From positions 1 through 64,000 of the forward strand of contig CAVSQB010000010.1 in assembly GCA_963729895.1 (NCBI GenBank): a stretch of 64,000 nt of DNA, in the 5' to 3' direction. The stretch's first letter is position 1. Each line of letters starts with the position of its first letter. The notes beneath the pieces were generated by a model. The model saw only the letters and a list, made by a program, of their open reading frames with translations. It made no database searches and was not told the origin of the DNA. The position numbers and the translations under genes are program-made. Positions 38,301-47,702 of this stretch are shown in pieces. This DNA comes from an uncultured Fibrobacterota bacterium (GTDB lineage Bacteria; Fibrobacterota; Chitinivibrionia; Chitinivibrionales; FEN-1185).

Positions 38301-40706
38301 CCGCCAGGTCTGGGCCGGATCGGCATAATTCGGCACCGTATCCGTGGCGCTCGTGCCGAACCAGACTATCACCGAGTCCACGCTCGACGTATCCAAACTT
38401 AACAAATTAGAAACCGTGAACTGCACCGAATCGCCGCCAAACCATTGCCCGCCAACCCGGGCCGTGTTTACGGGAGTGGTGGTGTCGGTCATCACCACGA
38501 TCGTGCCGTTGCCGGCACTGAACGCGCTCCAGTACCATGTGCCGTTGTTCCAATGCACTTGCGTCATGAATCCGGCAGCAGTATCCGTACCCGCGAGCAC
38601 CACGGTAACGTCCGCCTTAAACGGCGGCGTTGCTTTCTGCATGTCGGACAGGCTGTATTCTCCGCACTGCGCCGCGGGCGCCGCGGCAGAAACCGGCAGT
38701 GCCGATCCGGACTGGTACCACAGCCTCAGGCTGTCCGCGTATGGCAGCGGAAGCGGACCAAGGGGAACAAGCGCGTAGTTCGCAAACGTTATCTCAGCTT
38801 TGCCCGCGGATACATACCTCCCCGTGATGGCAACCGGGTTGTCCTTGAACGTGGTTATGGATATTGTCATGCTGTCGGCTCGCACCGCGCCGTTCAGCAG
38901 CACGAGCGTTGCCGAAAATACCCCGGACGAATTGTACACGTGCTGCGGGTTCGAATTGTTGCTGGTATCAACCCCGCCGTCCCCGAAATACCATAACCGC
39001 TTTGTAAACGGGCCCGTGGACTGGTCGGTGAACGTGATGGTGGCCCCGACCTGCGCAATGGTCTGGCTCACCGTGAACATTGCCTTTATGGGCACATTCA
39101 CCACAAGCTGCCCGGCGCTCGACGTTGTGGAACCCGCGGCATTTGTTACGATCACGGTATACGCGCCCGCATTCGCTACAGTGGCGGACGGGATGGCGAT
39201 GGATTGGCCGGTTTGCGCAGGAACAACGGCCACGCCATTCAACAGCCATTGGTAGGTGAAGGGAGGCGTGCCTGTCGGCGTGGTGACCGTGAAGGTGGCC
39301 GACCCGCCAACCAGAACCGTGTCATTGACAGGAGCGACTGCCGCATTCGCCGGCTTTGCCACCACGGTGACGATCGCGGCCCGGCTTTCCACGCTGTCCG
39401 TCGCGTTTTTCACCATCACCGTGTAGCTTCCCGCATCGGCGGGTGTCACCGGGTTCTTCGTGTAGGTCGCGGTGACGGCACCCGCGATAGCAACGCCCGC
39501 TTTTTTCCATTGATATGCAGTGGCATTTGTCGCTACAACCGTAAGCGTCAATGTTCCGCCCTCGTTAACCGTTGTTGTGGCCGCAGGCTGTGTGGTGATT
39601 TGCGGCGCCGTGGTGTTCTGCACCTGGACCGTTGCAGTTGCAGCCACGGCGCTGTAGGCAGTTACCCCGCCGTTGGGAACTGCTGCCTGGCCCACGCTGC
39701 CGTTCGCCTTGTTGTCGGTCTGGTTCCAGGCGCGGAAATTAAATGTTGACGGCCCGCTGTACGTGACAACAGGTACAAACCTCACCAAGGCCGCAGTGTT
39801 GAGCAGTGTCGCGCTCGCATCTGACAAGACACCGAACGGCGTCCACGCCGCGCCCGCATTAGTTGAAAACTGCCACGCGCCGTTGGTATTGTCGGCCCCG
39901 GTGACCGCGATGCCGCGGTTGCCAAAGCCGGTCACCACCACGCTGTCGATGAACAACGAGTCGGTGTATCCGTCGGCATTCTGGATAACCCAGGACAATA
40001 CGTTCGCAAGCGTCTTGCTCTTTGCGGATACCGGGTTCAGAACTCCAGTGGCGAACACGATGGAATGCAGCGAGTCCCAGGTAAAGGTCGCCTGTCTCCA
40101 CACGGCCGATTCGGGCATGCTATCCTGGTAATTGCTGGCAACGCCAGTATTAATGTCGGTGGTCTCTACCTTGAAATAATGCTTGCTCCCCTTATACCAG
40201 TAGGTGAACCCGGTTGCCTGTGTCAGGTCAACCGGCAGGGACGCTGCAGGCGGCACGACGACTGCTGGATTCAGGTTTACCCCAAGACCCACATACGGAT
40301 TGTATCCCAAAACGGCTCTGCCGTTGAGCACGAAGTTTATTTTTGCGCAGTATGCGGAATTATTGTACCCACCCGGCACCGGCGCGGTGAACGGCATAGG
40401 CGTGATAACGGAAGTTCCGCCCCCACCCACGTCGTCGAACGTGAACCACTGCCCGCCCCATATAGAGACGTTGTTACCGTCTGCAAAGTTGTCGAGAAGG
40501 GTCCCGTCGGTAACGATGGGGTTGAGAAACGAGGAAACGGTGTATCCTGCGGGATTTGTCGCTCCCGAGGGAATGGCTGGAGTAAGGGTCGGATTTACAC
40601 CCGAGAGAATGGGAGCGCCCGCCATGGCGGCGGCCGGCGAAAGCAGAAGAACCGCCGCCAGCGCAATGCCGGCGGAGACAATCGCACAACGCTTCACTTT
40701 TTCCAT
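35349..40706 (-). CDS. 1785-aa secreted multidomain surface protein (CBM11/CIA30-like, Ig-like, PKD, FN3, C-terminal FlgD-Ig/T9SS-CTD-like)
   Basis: Signal peptide; LLDNFADG..GGQWFTFDD; Ig YQW.K.G..AGSYTV; PKD FTDQST/WYFGDG; FN3 SILLTW/YYF; C-terminal PNPF...IYDMRGR...WDG...AGMY. Confidence 0.85.
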   Translation of the reverse strand: MEKVKRCAIVSAGIALAAVLLLSPAAAMAGAPILSGVNPTLTPAIPSGATNPAGYTVSSFLNPIVTDGTLLDNFADGNNVSIWGGQWFTFDDVGGGGTSVITPMPFTAPVPGGYNNSAYCAKINFVLNGRAVLGYNPYVGLGVNLNPAVVVPPAASLPVDLTQATGFTYWYKGSKHYFKVETTDINTGVASNYQDSMPESAVWRQATFTWDSLHSIVFATGVLNPVSAKSKTLANVLSWVIQNADGYTDSLFIDSVVVTGFGNRGIAVTGADNTNGAWQFSTNAGAAWTPFGVLSDASATLLNTAALVRFVPVVTYSGPSTFNFRAWNQTDNKANGSVGQAAVPNGGVTAYSAVAATATVQVQNTTAPQITTQPAATTTVNEGGTLTLTVVATNATAYQWKKAGVAIAGAVTATYTKNPVTPADAGSYTVMVKNATDSVESRAAIVTVVAKPANAAVAPVNDTVLVGGSATFTVTTPTGTPPFTYQWLLNGVAVVPAQTGQSIAIPSATVANAGAYTVIVTNAAGSTTSSAGQLVVNVPIKAMFTVSQTIAQVGATITFTDQSTGPFTKRLWYFGDGGVDTSNNSNPQHVYNSSGVFSATLVLLNGAVRADSMTISITTFKDNPVAITGRYVSAGKAEITFANYALVPLGPLPLPYADSLRLWYQSGSALPVSAAAPAAQCGEYSLSDMQKATPPFKADVTVVLAGTDTAAGFMTQVHWNNGTWYWSAFSAGNGTIVVMTDTTTPVNTARVGGQWFGGDSVQFTVSNLLSLDTSSVDSVIVWFGTSATDTVPNYADPAQTWRFKLGSVYASGRDSVVVQNPQFNTGVQKLLNCYVIVKGKDKKESSLVRAQYYAGANRPSNPIILTAVAQSASSILLTWNPVGGVSNIRIWYQAGAAVTVNTATFASPPYNSIDVPLVSNTQLVVTGLLSQTHYYFGAQVFEGGQWSYVTDSSSANATTFQPGGKLDTNSVKITSLTFDTATNEIHVSWTVNNNLPDTLEIGISYSLSGYPTADTSIHQLIPVKSGSDSTTIKLQPLVYSAQYYVALWESRLNGTPADPTSGSEAVVASPFYNWQPATLFTTVPGDTHALFNGNIVIIANALTPGDVTNTPDTIRYDSIGPANLYGFVPVSVPFYFSHLDQSAPFKIEFKLFPAAATYGLANVRIYQQGSNGLWYVDRTSMADSTGYAWTIMANKDFMGPQDRFMALIDTMSVTVTLGLHSDTVGAFANLYDELHISDNCANVIVKYYYASGDNSEAGLDSNMLSSTSAVFVDTILGPYVSKYTGYRGLVVASDGVHNDTLNVSRQVMRDNSDVVPTGVQTWVPLRVTAGLANDTMKNILEASTANPAWTYDNTQLRLFRWQSDKWVEYSGQTTGIFSMVPGIVVWAKSRQSISVNFGNGITPSLKNAYPISLAPGEFTDFALPFKFDIRIGDIIDSTDSIGTMAVGDSLQFHSWVKDSGSSQLKLNDLFIEDMAGALASLGDKGTVISSQDLAGAYTVYNPLTVPVTLKVAPIPKVLSGYVAKKRMAKTSGATGWALSVVPHLSDGSPLTSVLCGYTQAKSAVVSYFPVPPSFSQEHVCVYDNTGKKLYGDALSHTTAGGGCTYLLAFVNDGQEQSRISYHVETLTALPQGFLAKALNEETGMYDDFSAKDAAVTVAAGGRAYRLLVVGSQTYLAKMAIIMKTGTLQLVGTSPNPFGRMVRIRYNIAGGGVSSARFCIYDMRGRIVWQITTNEEGFQGIREITWDGRSLDKRRVAAGMYVVRMEAFDENKKTSGIFEKRMTYLP

Positions 40707-41090
40707 GAAATATTCCTTGTGTGGAGTGAATACCCGATACGCATCCCCTGCCCTTTGCCCTCATATTCAAGTATGTTGTAAATATCAATTAACAAACGAG
40801 AGCGTCTGCGCCCTTAAACGAATAAACGCCCCTGCAATCCATCACCGTCCAAATATAATAGTCGTTCTCCGGTATTCGCAGGTTCGCAGAAAATAACAAG
40901 AATTCGCGCGCCAAGAAAGGTAATCGCCAATGCACGCTATTGGGAAGACCAGCCCATTTCTTGCGCAACCCGAGTAAATCCAACGGCATACCCGAGAACG
41001 CCTCAAACGCCCATCATGTTAGCCGATCATCATTATTATAAATATAAACATAAAAAAATACAATATTTATCATAAAAGTCAAAGAGAGCG

Positions 41091-42395
41091 CGCATTGCCT
41101 CAAATTAAATGTAACCGAAGGCTTAATCGAAACACGCACCAATTGATTCGTTGCCTCATAATTAAGGTAACCCAAGAAAAAAGGGGGTTACCACTATGGG
41201 GCACAAAGAAAAAGAAGCATATCGGGAAGCGATACGACAACGATATGCCCATTCCAACAGAGCCGGCAAAAAGCAGATTCTCGATGAGTTTTGTGCGATT
41301 TGCCGATACAATCGCAAGTACGCTATCCGGCTACTTGGAAAACGCAAACAGAAACAAAAAGCCAAGCGTGGAAGAAGACCCTTATATGCTGAACCGCTTT
41401 TTATTAAGGCGTTACAGTACATCTGGAAAGCCTCTGATTTCATGTGCTCTCGCCGCCTTAAGGTTGTCATTCCAGTATGGCTGCCATTCTACGAACAATC
41501 CTTTGAACTGCTTTCCGAGGAAGTCCGTGCGCGGCTCCTCTCTGTCAGCCGCTCCACGCTTGACCGCGTCCTATGCCCTTTACGTACGCGTATGGGCAAG
41601 GGATTGTGCGGCACCAAGCCCGGCTCCATGCTGCGCAATCAAATCCCCATCCGTACCGACAACTGGGATATTACCCAGCCTGGATTCATGGAGGCGGATA
41701 CGGTTGCCCATTGCGGCACCAGCCTTGCCGGAGAATTTGTGTGGAGCCTTATCATGACTGACATCCATACTGCTTGGACCGAAGGCCGTGCTGTGTGGAA
41801 TAAGGGCTCCCAGGGTGTCATTGAGCAGGTTAAAGACATCGAACGACGAATACCTTTTGCCCTGCGTGGCTTTGACTGTGATAACGGGTCCGAGTTCCTC
41901 AACTATCATCTCGAACGCTACTTCGCCGTGCGACAAGACCCTGTAAAGTTCACCCGGTCACGTCCCTACAAGAAAAACGACAACGCCCATGTCGAACAGA
42001 AAAACTGGGCGCAGGCCAAGCACATGCTTGGTTATGATCGGATCGAAAACCCCGACACGCTTCCCCTCATTAACGACCTCTATGCCAACGAGTGGTCTCT
42101 CTATCAAAACCACTTCTGTCCATCGCTGAAACTCAAATCTAAAATCCGGATAGGATCTCGATACCGCAAGACCTATGAAGAACCGAAAACTCCCTATCAA
42201 AGAATCGTTGAATCACCTTACATAGCTTCAGAAGTCAAGCAAAGCCTTGAACTGACCCACCGTGCTCTCAATCCATTCCAATTAAAAAAGACTATCGAAA
42301 GAAAACTCAAAACCATTTTCAACCTTGTTACGGTTACCTCATTTGTGAGGCATCGAATCTGACCCTTCGGTTACCTTTTATTATGAGGCAACACG
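41091..42395 (+). mobile_element. Integrase-core (Rv2807-like, unclassified/ISNCY-type) IS, copy A, 1305 bp
   Basis: Ends CGCATTGCCTCA... and ...TGAGGCAACACG are shared with 53419-54723; 5-bp TSD GAGCG at 41086-41090 and 42396-42400. Confidence 0.92.
41196..42362 (+). CDS. DDE integrase-core transposase (388 aa)
   Basis: EADTVAHCG, DCDNGSEF, RSRPYKKNDNAHVEQKN, TPYQR; N-terminal HTH-like region. Confidence 0.92.
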   Translation: MGHKEKEAYREAIRQRYAHSNRAGKKQILDEFCAICRYNRKYAIRLLGKRKQKQKAKRGRRPLYAEPLFIKALQYIWKASDFMCSRRLKVVIPVWLPFYEQSFELLSEEVRARLLSVSRSTLDRVLCPLRTRMGKGLCGTKPGSMLRNQIPIRTDNWDITQPGFMEADTVAHCGTSLAGEFVWSLIMTDIHTAWTEGRAVWNKGSQGVIEQVKDIERRIPFALRGFDCDNGSEFLNYHLERYFAVRQDPVKFTRSRPYKKNDNAHVEQKNWAQAKHMLGYDRIENPDTLPLINDLYANEWSLYQNHFCPSLKLKSKIRIGSRYRKTYEEPKTPYQRIVESPYIASEVKQSLELTHRALNPFQLKKTIERKLKTIFNLVTVTSFVRHRI

Positions 42396-42453
42396 GAGCG
42401 GCAGAAAAAACAAAGGTCCCAGGGAAGACGTTGACGAAAACCTTGAATCCGGG

Positions 42454-43107
42454 CTACGAAAACAGCTCCGCCTCCACCATTGCGCACCAACAATGATATA
42501 CCGGCTGGTGAAGCTGCTGAATTTTGTAGGTGACTTCTTCCGGAACGCACACAAGGGCATCGCAACCGAGGTCTTTCGCCCTGCCCCCGTTTTTTCCCGT
42601 CAGGCAGATGACTTTTAGCCCGAAAAGTTTTGCCACCGTAACCGCCCGAACAACGTTTTTCGAATTGCCTGAAGTGGAGAGCGCAATCAACACATCCCCC
42701 GGCAAGCCATACCCGAACACCTGTTGCGCAAAGATCATTTCCGCGTCTTCATCGTTTGCAATGGCGGTAACGAGCGGCGAATGGGCCGAAAGGGATATGG
42801 CGGGGAGCTGGCGCTGAAGGTGGCTGAGGAGAAACTGCTTGTCGTTCAACGGAATGGCGCTCTTCTTGATCTTTTCGGAATCTTCCTGCGTAAGCGAGCG
42901 CTTGAGGGCGAACTTGTTCATCATTTCGCCGACGATATGGTCCGCATCGGCAGCGCTGCCGCCGTTGCCGCAGGCAAGCGCCTTTCCGCCGCCTGTAAAG
43001 CATGCGACGAGAATCTCGAAGGCTCGGACGATGTCGTTCTGGCACGGTTCCAGCGCGGGATACGAGGTGAGGCACTCGTCAAGGTATTGTTTGGCGGATG
43101 GGTTCAT
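42454..43107 (-). CDS. gmhA: D-sedoheptulose-7-phosphate isomerase (SIS domain)
   Basis: [29 protein letters not shown]. Confidence 0.88.
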   Translation of the reverse strand: MNPSAKQYLDECLTSYPALEPCQNDIVRAFEILVACFTGGGKALACGNGGSAADADHIVGEMMNKFALKRSLTQEDSEKIKKSAIPLNDKQFLLSHLQRQLPAISLSAHSPLVTAIANDEDAEMIFAQQVFGYGLPGDVLIALSTSGNSKNVVRAVTVAKLFGLKVICLTGKNGGRAKDLGCDALVCVPEEVTYKIQQLHQPVYHCWCAMVEAELFS

Positions 43108-44939
43108 GGTTCCGGCACCACCCGCACCGCTCCCCTGTCGGCCGACGTGGTAAACAGCGCATACGCTTTGAGCGCTTCCGAAATCACGCGCCTGCGCTTC
43201 GGTTTGAAGGCATTCTTCCCTTTTTTCAATTCGGCCTTCATGCGTTTTGCAAGCTCCTCCGCGGAAAGCTTTACACGTAGTTTCCGGTTTGGTATGTCGA
43301 TTTCGATGATGTCCCCGCTCTTGAGCAGCCCGATTTCACCGCCCGCTGCAGCCTCGGGCGAGACGTGGCCAATTGACAAACCTGATGTTCCGCCCGAAAA
43401 CCTTCCATCGGTGATGAGCGCGCATTTCGCGCCAAGATGCATGGACTTGATGTAAGACGTCGGGTACAGCATCTCCTGCATTCCCGGCCCGCCCTTTGGC
43501 CCTTCGTAGATAATAACCACCACGTCGCCGGCCTTGATCTTTCCCGCCAGGATGCCGTCTGCAGCCTGTTCCTGCGAATGAAATATCTTTGCCGCGCCGC
43601 TGAACGTAAGAATCGATTCGTCGACGCCGGCGGTCTTCACCACGCAGCCTTTCCTGGCGATGTTGCCGAAAAGCACGACAAGACCGCCGTCCTTGCTGTA
43701 GGGTGTTTTTGCGGAGCGGATGCAGCCGTTTTGCCTGTCTTTGTCGAGTTCCGGAGCCATGGTTTCCTGGGAGCCGAGCACGAGGTTGCGCTTTGCGCCG
43801 CCGGGCGCGCTTGAATAGTTTTCCAGCGCCTCGCTTGTCACCTGCGCGCCCATGATGTCGTTCCTCCGGATGACCTCGGAAAGGTCGCCGCCCGCCACAT
43901 GGCTCACGCTCCCGTCAATGAGTCCCGCCCTGTCAAGTTCCGCCAGGATGCCCATGATGCCGCCCGCACGGTTGACATCCTCAACATGAAACTGCGAACT
44001 CGGAGCAACTTTGCACAGCACCGGCACCTTCTTCGACAGCGCGTCGATGTCCTTCATGGTGAATTTGACGTGAGCGGCATTCGCGATCGCAAGGAGGTGG
44101 AGCACGGTGTTGGTGGAACCGCCCATGGCGATGTCGAGGCTCATGGCATTGACAAACGCTTTCCTGCTGGCGATTGAAAGCGGCACAACCGATTCGTCCC
44201 CTTTTTCGTAGTACGACGTCGCCATTTCCACAATGCGCTTCGCCGCGTTTTCAAACAGGCGGACCCTGTTCTTATGCGTGGCCACGATGGTGCCGTTGCC
44301 CGGCAAGGCGAGCCCGAGCGCCTCGGTAAGGCAGTTCATGGAATTGGCGGTAAAAAGACCCGAGCACGACCCGCACGACGGGCAGGCCGCGAGTTCGATG
44401 TCGCGAAGGTCGGCATCCGGCACCTCCGGGTCGGCCCCCATCACCATGGCATCGATCAGGTCGTATTTTCTTCCATTCAACACGCCCGCCTCCATGGGAC
44501 CGCCGGACACAAAGATCGCGGGCACGTTGAGACGCATCGCCGCCATCAGCATGCCGGGCGTTATTTTGTCGCAGTTGGTAATGCAGAGCATTGCGTCGGC
44601 CCTGTGCGCATTCATCATGTATTCCACGCTGTCGGCGATGAGCTCGCGCGACGGAAGGGAATACAGCATGCCTTCGTGTCCCATGGCAATACCGTCGTCT
44701 ATGGCAATGGTGTCGAATTCGGCCGCAAAACATCCCTGCGCCTCGATTATCGATTTGGCCCGCTGTCCAATCTCGTGCAAATGCACGTGTCCGGGCACAA
44801 ACTGGGTGAATGAATTGACGATAGCGATTATCGGCCTTCCGAATTGCTCCTCTTTCATGCCATTGGCGCGCCACAGGCTCCTTGCGCCCGCCATGCGCCT
44901 TCCCTCGGTTGAGGTTGCGCTGCGCAACTTGTGCATCAT
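43104..44939 (-). CDS. ilvD: Dihydroxy-acid dehydratase
   Basis: [71 protein letters not shown] before ATG 44939. Confidence 0.97.
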   Translation of the reverse strand: MMHKLRSATSTEGRRMAGARSLWRANGMKEEQFGRPIIAIVNSFTQFVPGHVHLHEIGQRAKSIIEAQGCFAAEFDTIAIDDGIAMGHEGMLYSLPSRELIADSVEYMMNAHRADAMLCITNCDKITPGMLMAAMRLNVPAIFVSGGPMEAGVLNGRKYDLIDAMVMGADPEVPDADLRDIELAACPSCGSCSGLFTANSMNCLTEALGLALPGNGTIVATHKNRVRLFENAAKRIVEMATSYYEKGDESVVPLSIASRKAFVNAMSLDIAMGGSTNTVLHLLAIANAAHVKFTMKDIDALSKKVPVLCKVAPSSQFHVEDVNRAGGIMGILAELDRAGLIDGSVSHVAGGDLSEVIRRNDIMGAQVTSEALENYSSAPGGAKRNLVLGSQETMAPELDKDRQNGCIRSAKTPYSKDGGLVVLFGNIARKGCVVKTAGVDESILTFSGAAKIFHSQEQAADGILAGKIKAGDVVVIIYEGPKGGPGMQEMLYPTSYIKSMHLGAKCALITDGRFSGGTSGLSIGHVSPEAAAGGEIGLLKSGDIIEIDIPNRKLRVKLSAEELAKRMKAELKKGKNAFKPKRRRVISEALKAYALFTTSADRGAVRVVPEP

Positions 44940-45043
44940 TGCCCGTCCTTTCTTTCCGGAAGAAGGCGCCGGGCAATTGCCCGTGCGGTTCCACCGTATC
45001 AATACCATAAAATCGTTGAAAATGTGGCGCTGTTCAAGAGAAT

Positions 45044-45979
45044 TCACTCTTTTTCGAGACTGTCGAGCAGTTGCTGGTACGCCCGCGCCTTGGGTGTTTC
45101 CGTGAAGGCGATCTGGTCCGGGGTGAATATCTTCTCCACCCGGTAGAATGCCGTGGAAATTGCCCCAGGCCGCGCCGTGGGTTCCCCGCAGGAGTCTGCA
45201 AAGCAGAAATCGCGCGGTATGAGAACCGGCGAACTGTTGGGCACGTACTGGTCGGCCGTGAAATCGAGGATGTATTCCACGCTGTCGACAACCACCAGGT
45301 CAAAACTGTGGAACGCGCCGATGAACTGTCCCTGCACGCGGTAACAGGCGATGCCCCTTTTCGTGAAGTACTTGGCCACCATTGTCGAAAAGGGAACGCA
45401 TGCGCCCTCATCTTTCGGGTCTATCATCGATTTGTAAATGGCGTATATATCCCGCGCAGGACGGACGTAGTGCGAGCAGAACGTTGCTCGGTCAACCGAG
45501 ACCGCGGAGGGAAAGATCTTTTTGACGCGCTGTCTCGTTTCCAGCACCCTGGAGCATGCCGTGTCGGAAAGCATGCCCGCAAATCCCCTGAAGTAGTCGT
45601 TACGCACGCTGCAACTGGCCGGGCCCTCCACAAACACCGTGTCTCTTTTGGAAATCCTTTCAAAAAGAGGCGTCACGCGGCATGCGACCCTGTTTCCTTT
45701 CACCACGCGCGTCCTCACGCCCCGCGATTCCATCCACAAAAGGCTGAACCGGCGGCGCGAAGCGATGGGCGCAAAATTCGCCTTTGAAAAGCCGGTGCCG
45801 CAATCGGCATACACATTGTAAGCCGCGGCGCCGGGAACATCTCCCCAGGAGAGCGTTATCATGTCCTCGGTGAATTGGGCGGCAACGGAGAACCGGCACA
45901 GCGCCGTGTCGCCGGCGCGGCATGCAAGAACAACAAGGAGGATGATTAGCGTTGATCGCGCCGGTGCCTTATGCATCAA
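45044..45979 (-). CDS. Hypothetical (lipo)protein with FN3-like N-terminus and possible Cys-His-Asp (papain/transglutaminase-like) C-terminus
   Basis: VVLAC lipobox-like; ITLSW..V.GA..YNVY; GAC...H.F...ILDFTADQY. Confidence 0.6.
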   Translation of the reverse strand: MMHKAPARSTLIILLVVLACRAGDTALCRFSVAAQFTEDMITLSWGDVPGAAAYNVYADCGTGFSKANFAPIASRRRFSLLWMESRGVRTRVVKGNRVACRVTPLFERISKRDTVFVEGPASCSVRNDYFRGFAGMLSDTACSRVLETRQRVKKIFPSAVSVDRATFCSHYVRPARDIYAIYKSMIDPKDEGACVPFSTMVAKYFTKRGIACYRVQGQFIGAFHSFDLVVVDSVEYILDFTADQYVPNSSPVLIPRDFCFADSCGEPTARPGAISTAFYRVEKIFTPDQIAFTETPKARAYQQLLDSLEKE

Positions 45980-46060
45980 AAGAAAATAATAGAAAGCTGC
46001 CGTTACGAAAAGGTGCCGCTGTGGCGCCCGGGGAAATTGGAAGGGGGACTTGCCCGGACA

Positions 46061-46465
46061 TTATTGAACGGTTTCCGGCTCCGAAGCAATGCCGTTCTGG
46101 CCGGCATCGTCGGCCCCGGAGTCGTCTGAATCAAGGTCCGCATCGAGGGTTTCCGGGGCCTCCGGGGGTTTCTGGTCTGATCCGGGCGGCAAAGGAAGCC
46201 TGTCGCGGATTTCCTTGAGCACGTGAATAATGATATCGTTCTGTTTTACAAGCCGGTCGGTAAGGTTAGGTGATTCTCTTTTGAACCGGTCGTTTCGCCG
46301 CCGCGGGTGCTGCTGGCCGCCGTTGTACCCGGCGGCAGGACTGTAGTTGAAAGCCGTGCTTGGGCTGTAGTTCGGCATCTTTTCGGGATACTTGGGCTGT
46401 CCCATTTTCCTGTTGCCGAGATTTACCATGCCCGCTCTCTGGGAATCATCGTTCATCATCGGCAC
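46061..46465 (-). CDS. Hypothetical largely disordered protein
   Basis: AAGGAG RBS; short amphipathic helix (LVKQNDIIIHVLKEIRDRL) and acidic tail. Confidence 0.65.
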   Translation of the reverse strand: MPMMNDDSQRAGMVNLGNRKMGQPKYPEKMPNYSPSTAFNYSPAAGYNGGQQHPRRRNDRFKRESPNLTDRLVKQNDIIIHVLKEIRDRLPLPPGSDQKPPEAPETLDADLDSDDSGADDAGQNGIASEPETVQ

Positions 46466-46706
46466 ATACTCCTTTCGTCAAGGAACAAGCCCGGCACAAC
46501 GAGGCGTTCGCGCGACGCCGTTGCCGTGTCCGGCGTATCTGCCAGGCCTGCGGACGGCATGGTCTTCCTCACGTGATTATACTACTGTTGGGAACCTGTT
46601 GCCAGATAAAAATGCCGGAGAACACTTTGAGGCGGCACGGTCTGTCTCAAAAGTAAAAAGAGGAACGTCCCGCGAAAGGCCCGGCAGCCGAAGCCGGACG
46701 GGCGGA

Positions 46707-47639
46707 TCAGAGGCCGCAGAATTCCTTCACCCGCGCCGATACGGTTTCGCACGTCCGGGCGTTGCAGACCGCTTCCATGCCTTTCACCTGATGCCGGAAC
46801 CACGTGATCTGCCGTTTGGCATAGTTCCTCGTGTCCTGTTTTATTGCGTCAACCGCGTTCTGCAGGCTCGCGTCGTTCCTCTCAAATGCAAAGAACTCCC
46901 TGTAGCCTACGCACAGCAGCCCCGGCGAATGCTCGCCGTATCCCCGCCTCCTGAGCGATTGGAATTCCTCCAACAGCCCGCTCTTCATCATTTTGTCAAC
47001 GCGAACGTTGATCCGCTCGTACAGCGCCTCCCTGTCGAGGGAAAGAACAATGGGGTCAAAGCTGATACCGGCCGGAGGGACCGCGAATTTCTTGAGCTGG
47101 GACATCGGCCTGCCCGTTGCGTGATATACTTCGAGGGCGCGGACATTTCTCTGGAGATTTGAGGCGTGGCTCGCGGAGGCGGTAACGGGATCGACCCGCG
47201 CGAGTTCGTCGAATACTTTTTGCCGTCCGTGGACCCGCGCCATGGCCGCATAGGTTTCGCGAAGCGCCTTGTCTTGCGCGACCTGAGGGCCGACGCCGCG
47301 GCTGAGGGCCTGAAAATACAACCCCGTGCCGCCGCAGAGCAAAACGCGTTTGCCGAGCGCGGCCCTTTCGCGAATAAGAGCGAGGGCCGCCCGGGCATAG
47401 GCGAATGCCGAAAACCGGGCGCCTGGGTCAACGACATCGATCATCCAGTGTTTCACGCGCGCCCTGTCGTGCGGCGAGGGTTTTGCCGTGCCGATGTCCA
47501 TCCCCCGGTACACCTGCCGGGAATCGCACGACAGTAGCTCGAACCCGAGCTGTTCGCAAACAGTCAACGCAAGCGCCGACTTGCCGACCGCCGTCGGGCC
47601 GAGCAGCGCGGGAACCCTTCTGTTCTTGTCCGGATCCAA
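46707..47639 (-). CDS. miaA: tRNA dimethylallyltransferase
   Basis: GPTAVGKS, DSRQVYRGMDIGTAKP, GGTGLY, RALEV, TRNYAKRQITWF. Confidence 0.97.
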   Translation of the reverse strand: MDPDKNRRVPALLGPTAVGKSALALTVCEQLGFELLSCDSRQVYRGMDIGTAKPSPHDRARVKHWMIDVVDPGARFSAFAYARAALALIRERAALGKRVLLCGGTGLYFQALSRGVGPQVAQDKALRETYAAMARVHGRQKVFDELARVDPVTASASHASNLQRNVRALEVYHATGRPMSQLKKFAVPPAGISFDPIVLSLDREALYERINVRVDKMMKSGLLEEFQSLRRRGYGEHSPGLLCVGYREFFAFERNDASLQNAVDAIKQDTRNYAKRQITWFRHQVKGMEAVCNARTCETVSARVKEFCGL

Positions 47640-47640
47640 A

Positions 47641-47669
47641 TTGACACACCCCGGAACAATGGGTATTTT
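47641..47669 (+). promoter_or_regulatory. Sigma70-type promoter for the deacetylase-pdxJ region
   Basis: TTGACA-N17-TATTTT. Confidence 0.6.
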
Positions 47670-47702
47670 TACAGGCTGATGTAATCCACCCGGGAGACGC
47701 GT

